The notes below the pieces were generated by a model. The model worked only from the letters and a program-made list of their open reading frames with translations. It made no database searches and had not been told where the DNA came from. From the NCBI GenBank assembly GCA_022710715.1, contig JAKLGJ010000001.1, forward strand, positions 298,041-362,040: a stretch of DNA of 64,000 nt. Reading direction: 5' to 3'. Positions 19,931 to 29,008 of this stretch are shown one piece after another (the stretch's first letter is position 1; each line of letters begins with the position of its first letter). Origin of the DNA: Candidatus Omnitrophota bacterium (GTDB lineage: Bacteria > Omnitrophota > Gorgyraeia > Gygaellales > Profunditerraquicolaceae). The position numbers were made by a program, and so were the translations under genes.

Positions 19931-20596
19931 GTGGTGACGGCGGTAGTCGGAGTTGCGGCGCTGTTCTCCAGCGGCTGCGTTACCGTGCCTCAACCGGTCG
20001 GTTCTTCGGCGTCGGTCGTTCCCGCAGCGGCAGCGGTGCCGGGCGTCTACCATGTGATCGCCAGAGGACAGACCCTGTGGCGGGTTTCCCGGATTTACGG
20101 GGTGGATATCGACGAGCTGGCCCGGGTCAACAGGATCTCCGACGCCAGGTCGCTCGAGGTGGGCCAGAAACTGCTTATTCCCGGCAAGTCCGCCGACTCG
20201 ATCTGCCGGATCGTTACCGACGAGGAATTTGCCTGGCCGGTGCAGGGAACGGTGATCGGCCGTTTCGGTCAGCCCTATGAAGCGATCCGTCTGAAAGGGA
20301 TACATATTGCACCCGGACGATCCGATCAGGTTGTAGCCAGCCGCAGCGGGAAAGTCGTTTTCGCGCATCCGGACTTCCTGGACCTGGGCACAACCTTGAT
20401 CCTTGATCACGGAGACGGTTTCCTGACCGTGTACGGACGCACCACCGATGTCCTGGTCAAGCCGGGAGACGTCATTGCCCGCGGGACGCCCATCGCGTCA
20501 GTCGGGCATGCGGGCAGAAACGCGCGCAGCTTTTTATATTTTGAGATACGCAAAGGCCACATCCCGCGGGATCCGTTCTTTTACCTGTCCCGTTAG
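19931..20596 (+). CDS. LysM plus M23 peptidase lipoprotein (NlpD-like)
   Basis: Lipobox FSSGC. LysM (YHVIARGQTLWRVSRIYGV). M23 (HGDGFLTVYG...GHAG). Confidence 0.7.
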   Translation: MVTAVVGVAALFSSGCVTVPQPVGSSASVVPAAAAVPGVYHVIARGQTLWRVSRIYGVDIDELARVNRISDARSLEVGQKLLIPGKSADSICRIVTDEEFAWPVQGTVIGRFGQPYEAIRLKGIHIAPGRSDQVVASRSGKVVFAHPDFLDLGTTLILDHGDGFLTVYGRTTDVLVKPGDVIARGTPIASVGHAGRNARSFLYFEIRKGHIPRDPFFYLSR

Positions 20597-20618
20597 CCTA
20601 AAGAAAAGCGTGAAGGAT

Positions 20619-22214
20619 ATGAAAGAGATAGTTGTGTGCCGCAGTGAATATCTGGATATCCTGGAAAAAAGAGTGCGGGGTCTGAAAGAGGGCTACCGGC
20701 AGAATATCGCTTTTATCGGCGATGAGATGGTCGGCAAGACCTCGCTGGTGCATCAATTCTTAAGCCGCTTCTGCGACAATCATTTTCTGATGCTGTACGT
20801 GGAATGTCATCCGGAATCGCTGCCCGCATTCTGCCGGCGTTTTATCGGCGTGCTGCTCTACGCGTTCCTGCTGCCCAGCGGCATCCCGCTTAAAGAAGAT
20901 ATCGCTTTCCTGATCGAGAAATCCGCCCCGCACATCCCCAGGACCGCAGAAAAGATACGCGCTTTGCTTGCGGACCTGGAGAAGAAGAAAAAGGAATCCG
21001 TTTTTACCCAGTTGTCGTCTTTGTGCGACAGCGCATACCAGGAGACCGGGAAATTCTGCGTGGTTCTCCTGGATGAATTCCAGAACCTGGAAAGCCTCGG
21101 CGTAAAGAATCTCTATAAGGAATGGGCGCAGCAGCTCATCCTGCAGAAAACCACCATGTACGTGGTCATCAGTTCGCAGCGTTTCAAGGCCCAGAATATC
21201 CTGGCCAAGAATTTGAGCCTTCTCTTCGGCAACTTCGAGATCATCGACGTCGAACCGTTCGACAGCAGGACCAGCGAGGCGTATCTCGAACAGCGGCTTG
21301 CCGGGGTCAGCCTGCCCGCGGGGCATCTGAATTTCCTGGTGCATTTTACCGGCGGCAATCCGTTCTACCTTAAAGTCATCTGCGACGCTCTGGGCGGCTG
21401 CGCGTCTCCGGATCTGGTCGACGTGCTGGAATCGCTGCTGTTCTCTTCTTCGGGCGTGATGAATCTGCGTTTTCAAACCACCCTCAAGCGTTTTCAGGAC
21501 ACTCCCTGCGCGAAGGATTATGTCCAGCTGCTGCATCTGGTCTCCGGCGGTCACAACAAGCTTAAGGATATCGCGCATATGCTGCATAAGAGCCAGAAAG
21601 AAATTACCGGCCGCATCGGTTTCCTGCTGGAAACCGACGTGATCAGCCGCAGCGGCGATTTTCTGACCATCAATGACCGGGTATTCAGTTACTGGCTGCG
21701 TTTCGTCTATCAGGGAAAAACCACCGCTTTCACTTTCGACGCGCAGAGCCAGCACGCTTCTTTCCGCAAGAGCATAGAGGCGATGATCCAGGATTTCTTT
21801 GTCTGTCTGCAGAAGCCGGTATCCGAGCGTATTTCGGAAGTGCTCAAACTTTTCGGCGACGACCGGATACAGGTGGAAAAGAAGAAACTGCGCCTGACGC
21901 ATTTCCGCGAGATCAAACCGGTCGAGTTCAACGCCCGCGGCCTTAAAGACGGGTTGATCTGCCGCTCGCAGGATAGCCTCTGGGTGATCGCGTTCAAGAA
22001 CGAGCAGATGACCGAAGAGGATATCACCGAATTTTCCCGCGAGTGCAAGAAATACCGGCACAAACTTGAGCGCAAGATCATTGTTTCCCTGGAAGACCTG
22101 GACGTGAACAGCCGGCTGCGCGCGCTGGAAGAGAAGATCTGGACCTGGGACGTGGACGATCTCAACCGTTTATTCGATTTGTTCTCAAAACCGAGGATAG
22201 TACAGCCGGTATGA
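20619..22214 (+). CDS. P-loop ATPase (archaeal-type ATPase/DUF234-like architecture)
   Basis: Walker A FIGDEMVGKTSL, Walker B VVLLDEFQNL, long C-terminal helical/wHTH-like region. Confidence 0.5.
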   Translation: MKEIVVCRSEYLDILEKRVRGLKEGYRQNIAFIGDEMVGKTSLVHQFLSRFCDNHFLMLYVECHPESLPAFCRRFIGVLLYAFLLPSGIPLKEDIAFLIEKSAPHIPRTAEKIRALLADLEKKKKESVFTQLSSLCDSAYQETGKFCVVLLDEFQNLESLGVKNLYKEWAQQLILQKTTMYVVISSQRFKAQNILAKNLSLLFGNFEIIDVEPFDSRTSEAYLEQRLAGVSLPAGHLNFLVHFTGGNPFYLKVICDALGGCASPDLVDVLESLLFSSSGVMNLRFQTTLKRFQDTPCAKDYVQLLHLVSGGHNKLKDIAHMLHKSQKEITGRIGFLLETDVISRSGDFLTINDRVFSYWLRFVYQGKTTAFTFDAQSQHASFRKSIEAMIQDFFVCLQKPVSERISEVLKLFGDDRIQVEKKKLRLTHFREIKPVEFNARGLKDGLICRSQDSLWVIAFKNEQMTEEDITEFSRECKKYRHKLERKIIVSLEDLDVNSRLRALEEKIWTWDVDDLNRLFDLFSKPRIVQPV

Positions 22215-22699
22215 AAATTGGCGTCCTTTCCGACACGCATATTCCCGATCGCGGCAAAGACCTTCCCCGGAAGGTGATCGAGGCATTTAAAGGCGTGGAC
22301 ATGATTATTCACGCCGGAGATCTGGTGGATCTGTCGGTGGTCGACGCGTTGAGTAAACTCTGCGCGAATGTCAAAGCGGTATCCGGGAATATGGACCCGG
22401 GGGAGATCCGGCAGCGTTTCCCGGCGAAGCTGGTGATCCCGGTGGGTAAATTCAAGATCGGCGTGATGCACGGTTGGGGGCCGCCGAACAAGCTCGAAGA
22501 TGTGATCGAAGAGGCGTTCAGGCATGATCCTGTGGACGTGATCATATTCGGTCATTCGCACCAGGCCATCCAGAAACAAAAAGGGAAGGTGCTTTTTTTC
22601 AATCCCGGCAGTCCCACGGATACGGTATTCGCGCCGTTCAATTCGTGCGGCATACTGGAAATCAACGAAACAATCGAAGCCCGGCTGATCAAGCTGTAG
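22211..22699 (+). CDS. YfcE/MJ0936-family metallophosphoesterase
   Basis: GVLSDTHIP...IHAGDL...GHSH. Confidence 0.7.
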   Translation: MKIGVLSDTHIPDRGKDLPRKVIEAFKGVDMIIHAGDLVDLSVVDALSKLCANVKAVSGNMDPGEIRQRFPAKLVIPVGKFKIGVMHGWGPPNKLEDVIEEAFRHDPVDVIIFGHSHQAIQKQKGKVLFFNPGSPTDTVFAPFNSCGILEINETIEARLIKL

Positions 22700-22725
22700 C
22701 CGCGGCTGTGCGAGGGAGAGACGAT

Positions 22726-23223
22726 ATGGACAGGCTCTGGGCGCCCTGGAGGGTACAATATGTGCAGGGCAAGCGCGCCAAAAAGTGCATTTTCTGCGCG
22801 GCCGCCAAAGCGAAGCAGATTCGCAATCAGGTGCTTTTTAAAACCGATCACTCTATCGCGTTGTTGAACATTTATCCCTACAATAACGGTCATCTCATGG
22901 TGGCTCCGAAACGCCATGTGCGCGTTTTTTCGCGCTTGAGCGACGTTGAATTGCTCGATCTGATGCGTTGCGTCGAGACGGTTAAATCGCTCCTGGAGCG
23001 GGTGCTGCGGCCCGACGGGTTCAATATCGGGATCAATCTATCGGAAGTCGCCGGCGCGGGGATTCCCGGGCATCTGCATATTCACATCGTTCCGCGCTGG
23101 AACGGCGACACGAATTTCATGCCCGTGCTCAACGGGACCAAGATCATTTCGCAGTCTTTGGAAGAATTATACAAACGGTTACGCCATGCTTACGCAAAAA
23201 CAAATTCAGGAATACGAAGATAG
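22726..23223 (+). CDS. HIT-family protein (Ap4A phosphorylase / nucleotidyltransferase-like)
   Basis: MDRLWAPWR...CIFC...NNGHLMVAPKRH...HLHIHIVPRW. Confidence 0.6.
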   Translation: MDRLWAPWRVQYVQGKRAKKCIFCAAAKAKQIRNQVLFKTDHSIALLNIYPYNNGHLMVAPKRHVRVFSRLSDVELLDLMRCVETVKSLLERVLRPDGFNIGINLSEVAGAGIPGHLHIHIVPRWNGDTNFMPVLNGTKIISQSLEELYKRLRHAYAKTNSGIRR

Positions 23224-24340
23224 GACCCTGGCGCCGTACGCCAGCAGGAGTTCGGAAAGCCGGGGCCGGGTGCATAAGGAAGCCGAGCACCCGTACCGGT
23301 CGGTTTACCAGCGCGATCGCGACCGCATCATTCATTCCGCGGCTTTCCGCCGGCTGGAGTACAAGACCCAGGTATTCGTCAACCATGAGGGCGATTATTA
23401 TCGCACCCGGCTGACGCATACGCTGGAAGTGGCCCAGATCGCCCGCACTATCGCTCTGGCATTGCGGCTGAATGTCGACCTGACCGAAGCCATTGCTCTC
23501 GCTCACGATCTGGGGCATACTCCGTTCGGCCATTCCGGAGAGGACGCATTGAACGAACTCATGGCCAGGCAGGGCGGGTTCAATCATAATCTGCACGGCT
23601 TGCGCGTGGTGGATGTGCTGGAAGAGCGGTATCCGGAGTTCCCCGGCTTGAACTTGAGCTGGGAGGTCCGGGAGGGGATCGTCAAGCATTCGTCCGCGTA
23701 TGATAAATGCAGCAGGATAAAAGGGCTGGCGCCGTCAGAGATGCCTACCCTGGAGACGCAGATCGCGGATATCGCCGATGAGATCGCGTACGATAACCAC
23801 GATCTGGATGACGGCCTGACGTCCGGGTTGCTCAAGGATTCCGACCTGGAACAGCTCGAATTGTGGAATAAAATCTTGAAAGACATTTCCCGAAAGTATG
23901 CTACAATATCTGCTGAACATAAAAAATACCTGATCATCCGGTCATTGATCGACGTTCAGGTGACCGATCTGATCCGCACCACCGAGGAAAAGATAGCCCG
24001 GTTGAAGCTGCGTTCGGTGCGTCAGGTCAAAAAACTCGACGCGAAAGTCGTATCGTTCAGCCCCTTGATACAGCGACTCCGCCGGCCCTTGCGCGAACTG
24101 CTGATGCGCAAATTGTACCATCATTACCGCGTCATCCGCATGTCCGATAAAGCCAAACGGTTTATCAAAGAACTGTTCGAGGTGTACATCGACCGTCCGG
24201 AGGCGCTGCCGCCGCATATTCAGAAACGGATTCCTGAAGACGGGGTGCGCCGGGTGGTGTGCGATTATATCGCCGGTATGACAGACAGGTACGCATTGGA
24301 TGAATACAAAAAGTTATTTGACCCCTACGAAAAAGTATAA
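23186..24340 (+). CDS. dGTP triphosphohydrolase-like HD-domain protein
   Basis: Dgt-family signature: RSSESRGRVH...YQRDRDRIIHS..FRRL..KTQV plus an HD motif. Confidence 0.75.
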   Translation: MLTQKQIQEYEDRTLAPYASRSSESRGRVHKEAEHPYRSVYQRDRDRIIHSAAFRRLEYKTQVFVNHEGDYYRTRLTHTLEVAQIARTIALALRLNVDLTEAIALAHDLGHTPFGHSGEDALNELMARQGGFNHNLHGLRVVDVLEERYPEFPGLNLSWEVREGIVKHSSAYDKCSRIKGLAPSEMPTLETQIADIADEIAYDNHDLDDGLTSGLLKDSDLEQLELWNKILKDISRKYATISAEHKKYLIIRSLIDVQVTDLIRTTEEKIARLKLRSVRQVKKLDAKVVSFSPLIQRLRRPLRELLMRKLYHHYRVIRMSDKAKRFIKELFEVYIDRPEALPPHIQKRIPEDGVRRVVCDYIAGMTDRYALDEYKKLFDPYEKV

Positions 24341-24341
24341 G

Positions 24342-25391
24342 ATGCTCATCTCGGCGGTGCATGGGATTTACCGCCTGGTGAACTCGACCTTTGAATTCAG
24401 AGATATGGTTTGCCGGCTTTCCCGGTTGATCTGTCAGATCTTCAACGGCCGGTATTGCCTGATCCTGATCCTCGACTCCACCAAAAAATACTCGATCATG
24501 AAATGCATGGTCAGCGGCAAAAAGCGTTACGTGATCGTGGACAAGAAGAAAAAGATCACCAGCCGCATCGAGAAAAAGATCATCCGCACGTTCTCCGCGC
24601 TGCGCAGCAGCCATCTGCTGGGGATACCGCTGGTTTCCGAAGATATCATGGGCGTGATCATCCTCAAGCGTCAGCAGCGGGAGCATCCGTTTGACAGCAC
24701 CGATCAGGAAATCCTGATGACCATGGCCGAGCAGGCGATGATCGGGATCAAGAATCTTCAGCTTTACGAAGAACAGCAGAAGATCGTCATGGGCAGCATG
24801 CGTTCGCTGGTGACGCTCCTGGATTCGCGCATCCCGCAGGAATATACGCATTCGCCGTATTTTTCCCGGCTGGTGACCGCGCTGGCGGAAGAAATGCATT
24901 GCGACGCGCGCCAGATAGAATCGCTTAAGTACGCCAGTCTTCTGCACGATGCCGGCAAGATCGACGTGCCGCTGCAGATCCTGACCAAGAATACCGAGCT
25001 CACTCCCGAAGAATACCAGATCATCAAGAATCACCCGGTGCGCGGGGCGCAGCTGTTGAAGCATTTTGAGGTGCTTAAACCGGCGATCCCGATCATCATG
25101 CATCATCATGAAAAATATAACGGCACCGGTTATCCTTCCCGGTTGAAGAAAGGACAGATCCCGATGGGCGCGCGGATCATGGCGGTAGCGGACGCTTTCG
25201 AAGCGATGGTCTACGGCCGGCCGTACCGTGAGCGGGTGAATATCGACAACGCGGTAAAGGAAATCAAGCTCAAAAGCGGCTCCCAGTTCGATCCCAAAGT
25301 GGTCGAGGCCTTCCTGCGCATAGCCAAAAAACATTATAAAAAATACTTGCAACTGGCGAAGCAGAAGGTATATAATACCGTATCATCATAA
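24342..25391 (+). CDS. GAF-domain plus HD-GYP-domain protein (putative c-di-GMP phosphodiesterase or signalling protein)
   Basis: HD-GYP signature LHDAGKI...HHHEKYNGTGYP preceded by a GAF-like region. Confidence 0.7.
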   Translation: MLISAVHGIYRLVNSTFEFRDMVCRLSRLICQIFNGRYCLILILDSTKKYSIMKCMVSGKKRYVIVDKKKKITSRIEKKIIRTFSALRSSHLLGIPLVSEDIMGVIILKRQQREHPFDSTDQEILMTMAEQAMIGIKNLQLYEEQQKIVMGSMRSLVTLLDSRIPQEYTHSPYFSRLVTALAEEMHCDARQIESLKYASLLHDAGKIDVPLQILTKNTELTPEEYQIIKNHPVRGAQLLKHFEVLKPAIPIIMHHHEKYNGTGYPSRLKKGQIPMGARIMAVADAFEAMVYGRPYRERVNIDNAVKEIKLKSGSQFDPKVVEAFLRIAKKHYKKYLQLAKQKVYNTVSS

Positions 25392-25412
25392 TAGCCCCAG
25401 GCGGCGAGAGTA

Positions 25413-26039
25413 ATGACGGGCAAAGAAGACTACTCACAATTAGAGCTTTTTTCGCAGACACAGGAGTCCGGTCAGCAGGCAGGCGCTCGTGTGTCGCGTT
25501 CTTTTTTACAGTATCTCGGTTCGTATGAGAAGGTTATCATGCTTGCGGTCGGTTTTATCGTGACCGGGATCATCGCTTACTGCGTGGGCGTGGAAAAAGG
25601 CAAAGTTCTGTCTTTGCCCCGGACCAATGCCCAGCTGGACATCGCCATCAACAAGCCGGCGGTTGCGGTAAATCCGGTGATCAAAGAGACCCGCGTCAAA
25701 CCGGTAGCGCCGCGGACGCCGATCAACTTGAGCCGGAGAACTCCGGTTCCTCAAGCTGCGGTCCGGCGGGTGGCGCTGGCGGATCAGGTCGCTCCGATTC
25801 CCGCGCAACGTCCCGCGCAGGCAGGCGGCTGGACCATACAGATCGCGTCTTACGAAACCAGGTCGCTGGCCGATCAGGAACGCAGCGCTTTGCAGAAACG
25901 GGGCTTATCGGTACTGGCGTTTTCAAAGGGTAAATATACGGTTCTCTGCGTGGGAACGTTTTCCGACAAACAAACGGCACAATCCGTACTGACTGATTTA
26001 AAAAGAAAGTATAGAGACTGCTACATCAGGAGGTTGTAA
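25413..26039 (+). CDS. SPOR-domain membrane protein
   Basis: A TM helix plus a C-terminal SPOR-like segment (GWTIQIASYE...AQSVLTDLKRKY). Confidence 0.55.
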   Translation: MTGKEDYSQLELFSQTQESGQQAGARVSRSFLQYLGSYEKVIMLAVGFIVTGIIAYCVGVEKGKVLSLPRTNAQLDIAINKPAVAVNPVIKETRVKPVAPRTPINLSRRTPVPQAAVRRVALADQVAPIPAQRPAQAGGWTIQIASYETRSLADQERSALQKRGLSVLAFSKGKYTVLCVGTFSDKQTAQSVLTDLKRKYRDCYIRRL

Positions 26040-26043
26040 ACAC

Positions 26044-26304
26044 ATGTCTATGCATCCGTCTTTAAGCGCATCTGAAAAAGGGAAAAAACAGCGCGCTGTC
26101 CTCAAACGCATCGAGCGCATTAAATACCTTCAGGAAAAAGGAACGTGGAAGGAAGGCGATAAGGTATACGGGTTGCCGAAGATCAAGACCGTGCGTATCA
26201 AGATCAAGAAGGAAAAGGTCGAGAAGGCCGCGGAAACCACCGCAGCGGCAGCAACGGGTGCATCCGGTAAAGAAGCGGCGCCGGCAGCGGGAGCCAAGAA
26301 ATAA
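26044..26304 (+). CDS. Small lysine-rich hypothetical protein with an Ala-rich tail
   Basis: ORF only. No recognised family. Confidence 0.3.
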   Translation: MSMHPSLSASEKGKKQRAVLKRIERIKYLQEKGTWKEGDKVYGLPKIKTVRIKIKKEKVEKAAETTAAAATGASGKEAAPAAGAKK

Positions 26305-26391
26305 TTTTTTCACACGTATCGCGAGACCCGATCTCAAGGCCCGCTCTCAAGAACGGGTTTTGAAATCGGGTCTTGAAATTTTCAGGCGCGT

Positions 26392-27018
26392 ATGGCGATC
26401 AATTTTATCGGGTTAGTCGTTTCTTTTGCGCTGTTGATGCTGGCGATCACCGTGCACGAGTTTGCCCACGGCTATGTCGCTTTCAAACTGGGAGATCAGA
26501 CCGCCAGATTATCCGGCCGGCTGACGTTGAATCCCCTGGCGCATATCGATCCGTTCTGGACGGTCATCCTGCCGGTGATGCTCTTTATCACTACCGGGGG
26601 AAGGTTCGTGTTCGGTTCGGCGAAGCCGGTGCCGGTGAACTACGCTGCGTTGCGTAATCCCAAACGCGACATGATCTGGATCGGGATAGCCGGGCCGCTG
26701 GCGAATTTCCTATTAGCTTTCGTGATCAGCCTGGCCTGGAAATTCATCCCCGGCGCCGACGCGGTTTCTTTTCTGCTGGCGAACCTGATACATTTGAACG
26801 TTGTCCTGGGTGTGTTCAACCTGATACCGGTTCCGCCGCTCGACGGTTCCCGGGTGCTCATGGGGCTGTTGCCGTATGAAGCCATGAAAAGTTACGCCGC
26901 GGCCGAGCCGTACGGTTTTATCATCGTTTCGGTGCTGATGTTTACCGGCGTTCTGTATACGATCATCGATCCGTTGATCATCTTTATCCAGAACCTGATC
27001 ATGTGGGTCCATTTCTGA
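26392..27018 (+). CDS. Site-2 protease family (M50) zinc metalloprotease
   Basis: HEFAHG in TM1. Polytopic. Confidence 0.7.
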   Translation: MAINFIGLVVSFALLMLAITVHEFAHGYVAFKLGDQTARLSGRLTLNPLAHIDPFWTVILPVMLFITTGGRFVFGSAKPVPVNYAALRNPKRDMIWIGIAGPLANFLLAFVISLAWKFIPGADAVSFLLANLIHLNVVLGVFNLIPVPPLDGSRVLMGLLPYEAMKSYAAAEPYGFIIVSVLMFTGVLYTIIDPLIIFIQNLIMWVHF

Positions 27019-27020
27019 TT

Positions 27021-28118
27021 ATGAAAAAAATACCCGTACAACTCGCGCATCGTTCCTACCAGATACTGGTGGGAGAAGGTCTGATCGACCGTCTGGGAGC
27101 GGTGCTTCCGCCGGCTGCGGTTTCAGGCCGGCGTGCCGCGTATTGTTTGAGCTTTCCCGTCATATGGAAGCGTTTCGGGCCGAAGGTAAAGCGCGCGCTG
27201 GCGCAGCAGGGCTATACCGTGCGCAGCCGGCTTGTTCCGGATACCGAACGCAGCAAGTCGTTATCCGTGGCGACGGCAGTGTTCAAGGATCTGGCGGCGT
27301 ATGACAGCAAACAGGCGGCGTTCATCATCGCTCTGGGCGGGGGAGTGATCGGCGATCTGGCCGGATTCGTGGCTTCTACGTATCGCCGGGGCATTCCGTA
27401 CGTGCAGGTGCCCACAACGCTGCTGGCCCAGGTGGATTCGAGCATCGGCGGTAAGACCGGCGTCGACCTGCCGGAAGGGAAGAATCTGGTCGGGACTTTT
27501 TACCAGCCGCGGCTGGTGGTCAGCGATGTCGCTGCGCTTTCCAGTTTGCCGGCGCGGCAGATGCGCAGCGGGCTGGCGGAAGTGATCAAATACGCGGTTC
27601 TGGCGGGCGGCGGATTATTCGCGTTCCTGGAAAAACATTTGCAGGATGTGCTCCGGTATGACCGGGCCAGTCTGGAAGCGGTGGTCGGCGCCTGCGCCCG
27701 GATAAAAGCCGGTATTGTCAGCCGTGACGAACAGGAGGAAAAGTCTTTACGCACGCATCTGAACTTCGGTCATACTATCGGTCACGCCATAGAATCGGCG
27801 GCGGGTTACCGCCGCTATACCCACGGTGAGGCAGTGGCTCTGGGAATGCTCTGTGCCTGCGATATCAGCCGGGCGCTGGGGCTGACCGGAGCGGATGCCG
27901 GATTGAAGATCGAGGGGTTGATCCGGCAGTCCGGTTTGCCGGTTGTCATCAAAGGTTTGAACGCCGCGCAGATCATCGCCGCGCATTACCACGATAAGAA
28001 GTTCAGCGGCGCGGAGAATCGCTTTGTGCTGGTCAGGGATATCGGGCGGACCGCGATCGTCAAGAACGTGCCGCTGCCGGTCATCGCCGCCGCAGTCAAG
28101 AACCGCCTCTCCACGTAA
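27021..28118 (+). CDS. aroB: 3-dehydroquinate synthase
   Basis: Dehydroquinate-synthase fold motifs (GGGVIGDLAGFVA, NFGHTIGHAIE). Confidence 0.8.
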   Translation: MKKIPVQLAHRSYQILVGEGLIDRLGAVLPPAAVSGRRAAYCLSFPVIWKRFGPKVKRALAQQGYTVRSRLVPDTERSKSLSVATAVFKDLAAYDSKQAAFIIALGGGVIGDLAGFVASTYRRGIPYVQVPTTLLAQVDSSIGGKTGVDLPEGKNLVGTFYQPRLVVSDVAALSSLPARQMRSGLAEVIKYAVLAGGGLFAFLEKHLQDVLRYDRASLEAVVGACARIKAGIVSRDEQEEKSLRTHLNFGHTIGHAIESAAGYRRYTHGEAVALGMLCACDISRALGLTGADAGLKIEGLIRQSGLPVVIKGLNAAQIIAAHYHDKKFSGAENRFVLVRDIGRTAIVKNVPLPVIAAAVKNRLST

Positions 28119-28173
28119 TTCCCTTCCCGCAACTCCTCCCAGCTTTTTTTCAATCGGCATAATTGCTTCGCAG

Positions 28174-28327
28174 GTCCCGGCAAGGAGTATTCCGCAGCAC
28201 CGTTCGGTTTTCCCCGCCGAGGAAAACCTCTCTTGGAGAATCTGCTCGCTCGTCCCTGAATGAAGCGCGGGGACACCCTGGCCGCTCGCATATCCTTACA
28301 TGCTGCTCCATACTCCTTGCCGGGACC
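28174..28327 (+). ncRNA. Candidate structured RNA or element, copy 1. A 17-bp outer stem and an 8-bp inner hairpin, then a conserved ~75-nt core shared with 43807..43955.
   Basis: Outer inverted repeat GTCCCGGCAAGGAGTAT/ATACTCCTTGCCGGGAC. Inner hairpin GGTTTTCC/GGAAAACC. Core CTTGGAGAA.CTGCTCGCTCGTCCCTGAA...GGGACACCCTGGCCGCTCGCAT..T.CATGCTGCT. Confidence 0.35.
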
Positions 28328-28407
28328 GACAAAGCAGCTGTGCAGATTAAAAAATTTCAGGAATGATTTGAAATTGATTGTGTATCGAGAAGAGTGGAGT
28401 GAGGGGG

Positions 28408-28971
28408 TTACCGGTTAACGAGGCGGATGGTTTTGCCGTTGTAGTCCAGCTCTACGCCTTCCATGGTGATCGCGATCACTACGGCGCCTTCGATGTTGTC
28501 GCCTACCTGTACGATGCGGTCATTGATCAAAGCAGTGCCATGGTCGGTGTTATCCGCGAAGAAAATGCCGTTGAGCATGAAATCGGGAACGCCTTGCTTG
28601 GTTTTGGCGATGGGAGTCTTTACCTCATGTTCACCGGAAGGAGTCAAGGTAACGGCATTTTTCAGATCGATAGGTTCGGCCTTGACCGCGGCTTTCCCGG
28701 ATTTAGAGGATTTCCTGGCGGCCGGTTTGCCGGATTTCTTCTCGGTACTTTTAGCGCCGGTCTTGGTCGTTTTGGTATTTTTTGAGGCCGCGAACTGTTT
28801 GCTTACCATGGGAAGCAGATAATCGAAGGCCAATTTCCCTACCACAAAACCGACCAGCACGAATAAAGCGATGACAACGTACGATTTTGAATCTTTCTGG
28901 GGTGATGTCGATTTCTGCTGCGGCGCTGCTGGTTGTTGCGTAGTTTGTGGAGAGACCGGTTTTTGTTCCAT
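28408..28971 (-). CDS. Membrane-anchored protein with a Lys/Pro/Gln-rich linker and a C-terminal GspB/PilP-like beta domain. This is the only clear minus-strand gene in the window.
   Basis: A TM helix (YVVIALFVLVGFVVG). C-terminal GIFFADNTDHGTALINDRIVQVGDNIEGAVVIAITMEGVELDYNGKTIRL. Start set at MEQKP because the longer ORF would read through the REP. Confidence 0.35.
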   Translation of the reverse strand: MEQKPVSPQTTQQPAAPQQKSTSPQKDSKSYVVIALFVLVGFVVGKLAFDYLLPMVSKQFAASKNTKTTKTGAKSTEKKSGKPAARKSSKSGKAAVKAEPIDLKNAVTLTPSGEHEVKTPIAKTKQGVPDFMLNGIFFADNTDHGTALINDRIVQVGDNIEGAVVIAITMEGVELDYNGKTIRLVNR

Positions 28972-29008
28972 AGGAAGTATTGTAACAAAAAACCGCATTT
29001 TGTCAAGT

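Noticed and set aside
28024-28263. 79-aa ORF spanning the aroB 3' end and the conserved-core element
   Set aside because: It overlaps aroB out of frame and gives a Pro/Ser/Arg-rich low-complexity product. The conservation between the two element copies is at the nucleotide and structure level (covarying stems), not the codon level.
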